NCBI GenBank assembly: GCA_020137815.1
Contig: CM035359.1
Span: 7,068,001 to 7,132,000 of the forward strand
DNA from: Hormiphora californensis
Lineage: Eukaryota > Animalia > Ctenophora
Length of the DNA stretch: 64,000 nt
Reading direction: 5' to 3'
This document shows positions 28,913 through 64,000 of the stretch, piece after piece. The translations under genes and the position numbers were made by a program. Below the pieces are notes generated by a model, which did not search any database, was not told where the DNA came from, and saw nothing but the letters and a program-made list of their open reading frames with translations. How positions within the stretch are numbered: position 1 is the stretch's first letter; each line of letters starts with the position of its first letter.

Positions 28913-31900
28913 TCACGCCCTACGAAGGGTGGATTTCTCTCCAAGTCCGCTAAGTTGTCTCTTTCTGCGGGGTGCCCCTCCTGCTGCTGGTGCTGGTTCT
29001 GGGTCTAGTGCTGGGATATCCGGCTGGTCGTCCACACTGAGGGGGGAGAGGAGAGGGTGTCACACTAACTTAGTGTCACTAAGAGAGGGGGGAGAGGTAA
29101 AATGAGGTGTCAGACGTGGATATAATATATTGCCCGTAAAATGAGGTGATCACTGATCAGTGTACAATCCTACACGGATCATTACTAAGCATTATATATG
29201 TAGGCTATAATCATGATACTAGCCCATAATAACAGCCTCATTCTCCAGGATTCACAATGCCCATAGCAGACATAGCCACAAGTCACAGAGTGCAGGATAT
29301 TATATACTACTTACATAGCTCTGATATCCTCCCCATCCTGACTAAAGCTGCTGTTGTTTCGTCGTCTCGCTCCAGCACCACCAGAAGGGTTCAGAGGTTT
29401 TGTTCCCTTCCTCAGGTCTCTCTTCAGACGTGCTAGATCATCGAGTTCAGGGGAGGGGGACCTGGAGGATTGAGGAAGTTGAATTAAAGGACTTGTACAA
29501 CTTACAAGATACAAACACACAGATATACAAACACACAGCTATTATTTGCCTAGCTCGACCCCTTTTTCGCGAGAAAGGATCGAGGCTTAGAACATAACAA
29601 GCTATTACCTATCTCCAAGCTCCACGACTTTATCCACAACATGTTCCACCCTGTTCTCCAGTCGATCTAGTTTCTTAGCAAGGACATGGATATCTTCCTC
29701 TATTGCGGACATGTTCCTGTAACAGAATATTCTGTTCAGGAACCGACCGAAACAAGTAAACAACCAATCAGAACTTGTTATTTAGGTCACGTGACTGGTT
29801 ATCAGCCAATCAGGGACCAGTATGTCCTGATTCGGTCGGTTCCTGATTCTGTTAGATATATAAAGTTACTAGATCTGTTGATATTTCAGATCTGCTAATA
29901 CCCTAGTCGGATATATGCTAGACTGATTGCAGTATTAGTGGCAGGATACAACCAATATCAGGTGTTACATACCCTGCCTTATCAGGTGTTACATACCCTG
30001 CCTTATCAACAGTACGTTCCAAGGTTGACATTCTCCTATGTTGCTCTTCGAAGTTCTTTTTGATCACCTTGAACTCTGAAAAAGTTTAAATTACTAGGGG
30101 AGAGTGGAACCGGACTAAAACTTTCTGTAATCTGTTGTCAGCAATTAATATGACGTGGTTAACTGCTATAGCCCAACATTATCCACTCTGTTGTCAGACC
30201 AAAAAACAATGCGTGTCGACAGTGCTACTGAAAGACCAATGCGACAGTTCATTGTCCACACTTGAAGTAACAGAGAGGAAGTTGCTAAACTAAACTAACC
30301 AGCGAAAGTTCTTCTCAACTCCTCACTGGTATCATCTACATGTCTCTGCAGCTCGTCAAAGTAGCTCTTGTTCATCTGGGTCAGCTCTGTATCCCTTGTC
30401 TCTACAGACTTCACCTAGTAGTGAGATTATTGAACGTTAACTCTGTATCTCGATCACGTCTCTACTGACTTCACCTAGTAGTGAGATTATTGAACGACAT
30501 ATTTTGTTCTACCTAATCGCGTAGTATAATACCAACTGAACTAATAGGCTGATAGGTAGTCGCTTACTAACCAGTCCGGTAACAAGAACTCGAAGTCCCT
30601 CCAGTTTGCCCTCGATTTCCCCAATCCTAGAGGCCTGTTTAGCTGAGAGTTCCTTCTTGGTCTGTTCAATATGATACGCTGCTGTTCTCTCTACACTGTT
30701 AGCTATAAACTGGTTCCTGTCCTCTGTAGGTGGGGAATTGGGTGGTGGAATTGTGTGGGGAAGTGGGTGGGGAATCGGGTGGTGGAATTGGGTGAGGGGA
30801 GTGGGTGGGGAATCGGGGCGGGTTTAGTCCTGGGGACTTGGTAATGAAATTACCCCTCAGCACAAGCTCCCAGAGGTATAATAGGGGTGACTTCGTTACC
30901 AAGTTTTAGGACTTATTCTGGTTCTATTTTAATTCTCTTCATGAGATTATTATTTCACATACCCTCCATTGACTTGATAACATTATCAACATATCCCCGT
31001 GTTGCCAGAGTGTCTACCTTCCTCTCAACATTCCCCAGCTTAGTCTTTAGTAGGGCCTGTTCCCTGTCAGCCTCTGCTAGACGTGTTATAAAGGCAGCTG
31101 AAATAGATCACGTGTTACAATAACGGCAGCTGAAATAGATCCCGTGTTACAATAACGGCAGCTGAAATAGATCACGTGTTACAATAACGGCAGCAGAAAC
31201 GATGATAGATGATCATGACAGAGGGGTCTGGGGGTTTGTTGATAGTTTTTTTTTTTATCGGAAAAACATTTCAAACCAAACTTACAATATGAATAATACG
31301 TTAAATATCTCGTCACGTCCAGCCCGGGGGCTTCCTCAACGTAGCCTCAGGCCACCTTAACAGAGAACACCCACAGTATACAACACTTTGTCAGGCACTG
31401 ACTGTACCTCGTGCACCCCGCAAGTCGGCCGGTGCGAAGAGGACGGTCTTATACATGAGACAAACAACACAAAGTATATAACACAAAGTAACTTACCATC
31501 GACTTGTTTCTGTCCATCCACTCCGTTCTCGAACTTGCCCAGTAGCAGCTCGTTGGTAGCCTCCAATGTTTTAATTCGGTTCAAGGTACTCTCCTCCTTC
31601 TCTTTAATTACTGCAGAGTTCCTGCAGGAGTGGGTTGTGAGGGAACTACAGAGTTCCTGCAGGGGTGGGTTGTTACAGAGTGGGTGGGGTGGAGTTACTT
31701 GATTTCCCAGTTGAATGCAAATGGGATCTTATATACCCGGGTACCTTTTACGAAAAGGTATTCAAGAAATATATTTGAGGTGCTAATTATCCCGACACTG
31801 CTTTACACATGACGTCATGACGTGACCAAGCTGCAGTATGACACACTGTTTTACACGTGTTACTTACTGTTTCACCTCTTCCAGTAACATCTGCTTCTCT

Positions 31901-34900
31901 TCCTCTCCTATACCGGCCCTACCCTCACACTGCCTCACTCTCGCATCCAGTTTCTATAGAGATAGATTATAATTCAGTTTTACGTGTGAAGTAAATCGAT
32001 ACTAATTTGTGAGATATACGATACATATCATATCTTACAAAGTGTACAATTGCTAAAACCGGTGCATGAAATTTTGCAAAAAACTATGTTTCTAAAACGT
32101 GTTGATCTAAAAAAGTGAATTGCTGTGCTTCATAGCTTGGTCTATATCAGGAACCGACCGAATCAGGAAATACTGGTCCCTGATTGGCTAATAACAAGTC
32201 ACATGACCTAAATAACGAGTTCTGATTGGTTGTTGACTTGTTTCTATATCAATAACGTAATGTTCGGTCTAGTGTAGAGAGTTTGTACTTGTGTGTGTGT
32301 GTGAGATTGTGTAAGCACGTTCTACTGTGCAGGCTCAGAGTATAAGCCCACTGTTACACCAACAATCCGGACAGACAGACAGAGTTGCAAATAGATATAA
32401 TAGGGTGAATCTCAGTTGCATAGATATATCACAAACATAGTATACTATATGCCAAAATAAAGTATCAAATACTGGACTTGTTTTTAGTATGTCCTGACAG
32501 GACAGAGTACTCAACAAGGTCGGAACCCTGGAGTGGTATAGTACAAAGTGAAACAAGCGGTTTCTCTGAAACCGCTTGTTTCACTTTGTAAGTATCAAAT
32601 ACTGTCTCAAATCTCCTCGCTCAAAGGAACAAAAACATCTCTCATCACCACCATTACCTGCCACTGTTGTGTATTCTCACACATTGATTCAGTGATTGCA
32701 TGAGTCTGCTGGTCAAGATCTGTCACGTGACCTTTAATAGTCAGGATCTGTTCAACGACCTGGGCGCTGTTGTTGGAGTGACCTGTAGAACACTAGGGGT
32801 TAGAGAGGGGGGACCTGTCAGTAGAACTGAGGGTTAGAGGGTATACCTCGGTTTGGGAGCAGGGTGAACAGATAGCAAGTTCGTGGTGGAAGGATGACAG
32901 AGGAGTTATACAATGAATTGAAGCTATCAAGTAAGGTATTACATAGCGCTCATTCAGTATAGCAGCTAGATGTGGGCTTATAATAAGTAGCGCAACACTG
33001 GGTCAAGCAAGAAACAACGAAACCGAAGAAGTTCTAAAAGGTCAGACAATTAAGATCAACTCTGGGCTGTGCTTGCAGACTGCAGTGTCACTGTTAGATA
33101 ATTTCAGCCGTCAAGGCCCGCACGATTAAGAAAGACCAGATTAAAGAAAACAGATGTGCTTGTGGTAGCAATGGTAACAGCTACATTTCAGTTGAGATAG
33201 TAGTTGATATAGCTGTTCAAATAGCAGTTGAGATAGCAAGTGCTGGAAGAAGAGCATGGTAGCTGATGTACCGGTGAGAACTTCCTCAATCTCTCTGAAC
33301 CTCTCCTCCTCTATGTATCGTATTATCCTCTCCTTCATCTCTTCCCTCATGTACCTCTCCTGGTCCGCTAAATCCTAACATTTTACAGTTGTCATAACAA
33401 CCATTTTACAGTTGTCATGACAACCATTTTACAGTTGTCATGACAACCATTTTACAGTTGTCATGACAACCATTTTACAGTTGTCATGACAACCATTTTA
33501 CAGTTGTCATGACAACAATTTTACAGTTGTCATGACAACAATTTTACAGTTGTCATGACAACCATTTTACAGTTGTCATAACAACCATTTTACAGTTGTC
33601 ATAACAACCATTTTACAGTTGTCATAACAACCATTTTACAGTTGTCATGACAACCATTTTACAGTTGTCATGACAACCATTTTACCGTTGTCATGACAAC
33701 CATTTTACAGTTGTCATGACAACCATTTTACAGTTGTCATGACAACCATTTTACAGTTGTCATAACAACCATTTTACAGTTGTTTATATGAACCATTATT
33801 AATGTGTTGTTGTGTTATAGGGTGAGCGTGACTGTGGAAACTTTGTCAGTCAAATTGTTATGTGCTGGGGAGGCCGATACAAAGTATGCTTTCAATAAAC
33901 GGTGCCCAAATCATTGCCGTATGATGCCTAATAATAAGTCGAGCTGTACCAAACAAGTCACAAATATATCGATAAGTCAAACTACTCTACTAGTATTAGA
34001 GTAGTGTGTTGGTTGTTTGTTGGTTGCCATGGTTGTTTGTTGGTTGTCATGGTAGTATGTTGGTTGTTTGTTGGTTGTCATGGTTGCTATGTTGGTTGCT
34101 ATGGTACCTGTAACTCAGTTAGCAGTTGACTCTTGTTACCACTAATGACATCATCAAGCTCATGAACCTGCTCAACTAGACGCTCCTGGAAAGATAATTA
34201 GCTGTGTTTCATGTAACCCCCTTATAACTGAGTATTTATTTAGTGTGAACTACACCGGGCCGATGTGTCCAAGAGAGCAATGCTCTGTCCACAGTTCTCG
34301 CACGCTCCATATTTGAGAGAAACGAGAATGGGTCAGGCCAATGCTCTGACAGGATGTACCTGAAGTATTCGCTGCATCTCACTACTACTCTGAACTGATT
34401 GGAGCTGCTCATTGAGCCTGTCAAATAGGGTGTACAACTCCTGGATCCTTTGAGTCATCTCCTCTGCAGTCTCTGGACCTATCTCCTGTATATTGGAGAG
34501 AGAGGTGTGAGGATTGTAACATTGTAACATTGGAGAGAGATGGAGATGCACACAGGTAAGTACAAGTAGTAGATTAGGAACAGATAAACTAGATAACCAC
34601 CAGAATTAGAACACTCGTTATAAAAGGAGGATGAGAAACAGTAAACACACTCAATTACCATGTATCCGTCTAAACGAGCAAAAAACTGTTTTGGTGAACT
34701 GTATAGCTGGAATAATTCGATATCAAATAGGCCACAATAGGCACAATAGGCACAATAAATCAAAATATAACTTCTTGTCATCAACAAAATCAAACTAAAA
34801 ACTTGCCTCATATCCTTCCTTCTTAGAGAAGCAACAGAAGATGGGTGCTATGTAATCTTTCCATATCTCCTTCTTAGGAGGCTGTTGTGGTGTCTTGTTA

Positions 34901-35267
34901 TTATTCCGGGGAGATATCACCTGATCTCTGGGGTCTTTAGGCGGGGCTCCCTGAGGAACATTATCAGGCATTTAAATAAACAGCTTTCGAATGGGGGAAT
35001 CAGATTTCTTCCGGGAAATTTTTAAAACAAAACGCTACATGGGACCCCGATTTGGGGCCCCCCCTTTAGTGGCCCCCCTTTAGGGACGGTTTTTTTCCCC
35101 CCGATATAGGAAAATTTAAACCTTATTTACCCCGATTTAGTGGACACCCCGATTTAGTGGACAAGAGCCTTTCCCCCGAAGGTGTCCCTAAATCGGGGTC
35201 CGACTGTACTTACCTCTGCAGCAGGAGGTGGAGGGGGAGGGGGCTGGTCCGTAGCGGAACCCGTCAT
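28913..35267 (-). CDS. Uncharacterised coiled-coil protein, about 15 exons, roughly 550-600 aa
   Basis: Phase-consistent exons run from MTGSATDQPPPPPPPAAE (in-frame stop two codons upstream) and GAPPKDP...IAPIFCCFSKKEGYE through heptad-rich exons (EIGPETAEEMTQRIQELY, ERLVEQVHELD, LKTKLGNVERKVDTL, IEEDIHVLAKKLDRLENRVEHV) to KSTLRRA*. Intron 2 uses a GC donor. Confidence 0.8.
29737..29845. mobile_element. hAT-type MITE, same family
   Basis: Perfect 8-bp TSD attctgtt. Confidence 0.88.
32148..32244. mobile_element. hAT-type MITE, truncated copy
   Basis: One TIR plus the internal sequence of the family. Confidence 0.7.
33379..33784. repeat. 23-bp minisatellite ccattttacagttgtcatgacaa, about 17 copies
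   Basis: Direct inspection; each unit carries the palindrome gttgtcatgacaac or a one-base variant. Confidence 0.95.
35038..35206. mobile_element. TA-flanked MITE, same family
   Basis: Right TIR aaatcggggtccgactg followed by TA; internal cccgatttagtgg repeats. Confidence 0.7.
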
Positions 35268-36043
35268 TATTCACACCGCTGTGTGATCTGCACTGTGTCT
35301 TACACCCTTCAAATTGTGAGAGAGAAAAAACGGGTTAAAAGATTTTTTTTTGGGAATATTATGATTGTGGGAATGTTTCGTGGGGTCATCATAGTCTTCT
35401 AGGATGGGATATCTAGACAATGCATAACACCATGTTACAACAATTAAACAAAGCAGGTTCTGCTATCTAATCAGATCACATGATTTAAAGCAGGTATAAA
35501 GTATTGGGAGTATTGGTAAATCATACACAACGATAAAGCAGGCGTTTGTGTGACCATAAAGCATTGGGAGTGTTGATGCAGTCCTCTTTCCCAAAACGAA
35601 CTGAAAAAGAGAGAGAAGAGGGGAGAGAGATAGAAAAGAGAGAGAGAGAGAGAGAGAAGAGAGAAGAGAGAGGGGAAAAGGGAGGGAGAAGAGGGGGGAA
35701 AGAGAGGGGGGGGGGAGAGAGGAGAGGAGAGGAGAGAGAGAGAGAGGGGGAAAAAAAATTCCCCCGGGGCCCGTTTGGGGGGGGAAAAAGACAGGAAGAT
35801 GAGAGAGAGAGAGAAGAATATTCATAACATAACTGTTGTTGGATCAAAGCAAAGCTTACAAGTTCAGTATTACAAATTATTAATTCGTTATAAACTTCTA
35901 AACATCCAGAAGTAATTGAGTTCACAGGTTCACAAATCACAGGTAAGTAATAATGGGCGAATTGGATCAACCGAACAATATATCAGAAGCACTGCTGATA
36001 TGGACAATACAGTCCACGTGCTATACCTACATGTAGCTATAGT

Positions 36044-36100
<57 letters not shown>

Positions 36101-36823
36101 TCACAGCCAATGGCTGCATGACGGTATGAACAAAGAAGAGACTGGATTGCATACCCCCACACTGTGTGTGAAGCGGACATTGATCAAGTGGAAGAGGGCC
36201 GGATTGGAGATGTATGATTGGAAAGTACTCGTGTCAAAAAAGTGCTGTTTTGTTGCCTTGCTCCACCCTGTTTCATAAAGGGTTTGAAAACTAGAATAAA
36301 ACAACTAAACTGTTTTGATGGTCACAAAAACTGTTATTTCAGTTCGCATAAGTGAACACAAACTATTAGCCGATCTTTGCAAAGATTGGTCTAAGTGAAC
36401 AATTGATATTCATGTACTAATAGCAGGGACCAACCTACAAAAAGTACCCATTCTTTAATTGTAAGTTTCTCTGCAGGTAAACGATTGATATTCGTGAACT
36501 GTATGTACAGGCAAACTGAAAACAAGCGAGACTAATGGTTTTATCAAAAGACAGTCACATGTATTAATACAATGACCCGGATATATGATGGATATGTATG
36601 TAAGCTCAAACATAATGAGAGATGAATTTAAACACTGTCGAACAAACATGTGAGAGAGCATACAAAGGGTCCCCGCTATTTTTTTCAACTTCCGCATCTA
36701 ACTGCTATAATAAAGTGGGACAAACTAGCAAAGTAAGAGTTAGAACTTCCCGCCCCCATAACCCCCTAAACACCATGTGTGCTGCATTTGATAGGGGCTT
36801 GGGGTTCTAAAATTCACAGTAGG

Positions 36824-37893
36824 GCAGCAGACAGGGTGCCACAGACAGTAGTGCAGCAGACAGGGTGTCACAGAAAGTAGTGCAGCAGACAGGGTGTCAC
36901 AGACAGTAGTGCAGCAGACAGGGTGTCACAGACAGTAGTGCAGCAGACAGGGTGTCACAGACAGTAGTGCAGCAGACAGGGTGCCGCAGACAGTAGTGCA
37001 GCAGACAGGGTGCCACAGACAGTAGTGCAGCAGACAGGGTGTCACAGACAGTAGTGCAGCAGACAGGGTGTCACAGAAAGTAGTGCAGCAGACAGGGTGT
37101 CACAGACAGTAGTGCAGCAGACAGGGTGTCACAGACAGTAGTGCAGCAGACAGGGTGCCGCAGACAGTAGTGCAGCAGACAGGGTGTCACAGACAGTAGT
37201 GCAGCAGACAGGGTGTCACAGACAGTAGTGCAGCAGACAGGGTGTCACAGACAGTAGTGCAGCAGACAGGGTGTCACAGACAGTAGTGCAGCAGACAGGG
37301 TGTCACAGACAGTAGTGCAGCAGACAGGGTGTCACAGACAGTAGTGCAGCAGACAGGGTGTCACAGACAGTAGTGCAGCAGACAGGGTGTCCCAGACAGT
37401 AGTGCAGCAGACAGGGTGTCACAGACAGTAGTGCAGCAGACAGGGTGCCACAGACAGTAGTGCAGCAGACAGGGTGTCACAGACAGTAGTGCAGCAGACA
37501 GGGTGTCACAGACAGTAGTGCAGCAGACAGGGTGTCACAGACAGTAGTGCAGCAGACAGGGTGTCACAGACAGTAGTGCAGCAGACAGGGTGTCACAGAC
37601 AGTAGTGCAGCAGACAGGGTGTCACAGACAGTAGTGCAGCAGACAGGGTGTCACAGACAGTAGTGCAGCAGACAGGGTGTCACAGACAGTAGTGCAGCAG
37701 ACAGGGTGTCACAGACAGTAGTGCAGCAGACAGGGTGTCACAGACAGTAGTGCAGCAGACAGGGTGTCCCAGACAGTAGTGCAGCAGACAGGGTGTCACA
37801 GACAGTAGTGCAGCAGACAGGGTGTCACAGACAGTAGTGCAGCAGACAGGGTGTCACAGACAGTAGTGCAGCAGACAGGGTGCCACAGACAGT
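36824..37893. repeat. 29-bp minisatellite gcagcagacagggtgtcacagacagtagt, about 37 copies
   Basis: Direct inspection; highly homogeneous. Confidence 0.95.
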
Positions 37894-39428
37894 ATATCAA
37901 CATGGCTGTTCTATCAGGGAGCGGAAAGTTGCGGGCTGTTTGGGAAATGGCTTACTCTGTCGTGATGGGCATTATAGACGGACCTCCCACACACAACTTA
38001 TCACGAGAGAAGCAGAGGGAGAGAGAGAAAGGGAGGAGAAAGAGAGAGCGAGGGAGAGAGTGAGAGAGAGAGAGAGTGAGAGTGAGAGAGAGAGTGTGTT
38101 TGTGAGAGAGATGGAGAGAGGGTAGCTATTCCGCTTCTCTTTATATCCTATATATCTATGATCTCTCCATCACCTGGCCATTTATCTCAATTCTATAAAA
38201 TGGAGTCATAGAGTCCGCCTAGAATTAAATACAGGCTGTGGCGATACGTATCATGGAGACACCAGCGACACCGGCGACACTGTGTTATGTTGTGATGCAC
38301 ACAATTTTCATTTTCGGCAATTTCTCATAAAAAATCGTGAAACATTCCCACTTTTTGGCCAATTTTTCCATTTTCCCCCCGTCCGAAAAGTGGGACCTGG
38401 ACCCAGGGGAACAAGCCGAGCTTCGTCTCTCACCATTCGGTTTCGGGAAACTTCGATTTCTCCGCTACTTAAAAAAAGTGTTCCGCATGGTTACCGCCCC
38501 ATAAAAGTTCAAAGGCTTTCTATCCGAGTTGAGACTGTAAGTGTAGGGCTTTCTTTTGAAAACATAGTCGGACTTCTTCAATCTGTCCTGACCTTTTTTG
38601 ACAGATCATAGCTCTTTCCGCTGCTAAGATATAGACTTAAGATTTTGAGGTTAGGAAGATCATTATATGTCGATTTCTTCCTAACCTCCAAATTTAAAGT
38701 CTATCTTGTGAGGAACCAGAAATATCTCAGAGTCAGATTTTTGCGAAATCCGGGGGCCGGGGATAAAAAAGTTTAAAAAATCCGTCTTTTTTTAAAGGCG
38801 GTTTTGAAACGCGCACAAAATTAAATTAGCTGATTTGCGCGGCGCTTTTATGCAATGAATTCTAATATTATTCGCGCACCATTGTATCCATCGTTCCAAA
38901 TATCTTAATTTGATAACAGGGTGAGACTGAGAGAGATTCACCACTGGTTGATCCAGACAAGTTGACTGTCAACTTGTCAAGTTAAACTTTAACCCACCAA
39001 CTAAATTCGAATTAAAACAACTCAGTTACCTGCACTAAATAGAATGAAATTTGAACGCAGTTCATCCAGAGAAAACTGAAATAAATAATTGTTTTAAATA
39101 TTAATAGCTTCTTATAACACACTGTCCAATTCCAATTCAGTAAATACATGTGTAACAATTCTAAAGACAATAAAATTACCATTTTCCTTCTCTCCCAATT
39201 CTGAATTTATCGCTTCTCAAAGAATTGTCTTCACTTCAATTTCAAAGCAACGTAAATTAAAAAACACCTTGCTGAATTCGAAACTCGAAAGAACGAGGGA
39301 AAGTTCAGCTTGTTGCTCTACTCGAACTTTTGATATTATAACTTGTATATTCCATAACTATATTCCACTAACCAACATATTGTAAATATGTTAATAATAT
39401 TAATAATAACGGTCAACGTCTCACAATA

Positions 39429-40207
39429 GGGTAAACCGGGGCAATTCGAACAAGCGGGGCAATTCGAACATAGTACTGCCCGTCTCTCACCTAGTTAAGC
39501 TATCATAATGACGTCATCCTATCTCCAGAAGAAAACTGCTCGTTCGAGCCTGCCCGTTACCACTAAATAGGCTCTAGATCCGGTTTAAGTTGGTCAATTT
39601 CCGATTTGAAAAAACCAGCTGAAAGCTAATAATATCAGCTTTCAGATGGTATAAAAATTATTTAAATATTCGCATGTTTTCATTCCAAATTCTGGTAAAT
39701 TAAGATTACCGGGGCAATTCGAACAACCGGGGCAATTCGAACATGGGCAATTTGGTTAACACACCGGGGCAATTTGGTTAACTCCCGGGCCAATGATGTG
39801 CAGTTCTTTGTACCACGTGATCAAGCGTGATACCGGGGCAATTCGAACAAGAACGACCAGCGTGTAGATTGCGTGTAGATTACATTGTTCGAATTGCCCC
39901 CACCTCTAACAACACCAGGCGGGAATCTTCTTCTGGTGTTGTGAGGACGTTCACGTGACTCCCACGTGACGAAATAAAGCACTCCTATTGGTGTTGTCCG
40001 AATTGCCCCGGTACCATTTTTTCCGACCAAAATTTTTAAATTAGTTATTTAGTTAAGTAAATGATGGTCCCTAGAGTTGAAGTTTATCTTAATTGAAAGA
40101 TAAAATAATGAACTTTAATCCTATATAATTTTTTTCATTGTATCTATTTTTAAATGGGAGTGAGAACCGATTAAGTAAAAAGTTAACCATTTTGCCCCGG
40201 TTTACCC
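39429..40207. mobile_element. TA-flanked MITE (TIR GGGTAAACCGGGGCAA) with many internal ccggggcaattcgaac repeats
   Basis: Terminal inverses, TA flanks and repeated subterminal motif. Confidence 0.8.
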
Positions 40208-40401
40208 TAGGCAAATTAGCCCTTTCAAATAATAACAATATTAATCTTTTCAAAAAATTCATCTCTTATATCAAGGCTAGAGATTGAGTAATTTCCGGAT
40301 AATGGCACAAACTGCTATAAACAATTTCCCACTCTTCATATATTATAGTCATTATACTATTTATAGTTTTCAGTTCAAAGTATATTTCATTCTGTACTTT
40401 A

Positions 40402-63940
<23,539 letters not shown>

Positions 63941-64000
63941 CTGAAAGATTATTGGTCCTACACCGAACTGTCAGTCCGTGCGGTGTGAAACATACACCAA

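Noticed and set aside
35580-35820. Irregular G/A-rich tract with long homopolymers and overlapping ORFs
   Set aside because: Looks like a degenerate or poorly polished (GA)n tract; no coding signal.
36824-37893. CRISPR-like array
   Set aside because: Contiguous 29-bp units with no unique spacers, in a eukaryotic context; a minisatellite.

Overview
Eukaryotic (metazoan) genomic DNA, intron-rich and dense in repeats. Nested genes, short introns and long (GA)n/(CT)n tracts suggest a ctenophore-like invertebrate; this is inference, not a verified identification. Manual splicing supports eight protein-coding genes: IFT57 (minus, first three coding exons only); CFAP68/C11orf1 (plus), with an intronless BTB-domain ORF nested on the same strand in intron 2; an 11-exon rhodopsin-family GPCR (plus); a 15-exon orphan coiled-coil gene with a GC-AG intron (minus); and neurobeachin/LRBA (minus, 5' end outside the window), with a CHST15-like sulfotransferase and an axonemal-type beta-tubulin nested antisense in two of its introns. 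The non-coding space holds non-autonomous DNA elements (hAT, Tc1/mariner, Merlin-like and Helitron types), minisatellites and microsatellites. The most unusual signals are: (1) a ~115-bp dyad-symmetric module with fixed spacing, shared by otherwise unrelated transposon families; (2) two copies of a Tc1/mariner derivative that record how a 1.4-kb foldback arose by template switching; (3) repeated tandem duplication of splice junctions; (4) head-to-tail Helitrons carrying perfect RFX X-boxes between two divergent cilia genes; (5) a five-hairpin element with tandem sheared G.A pairs. All homology calls are from recalled protein sequences; no database search was run.
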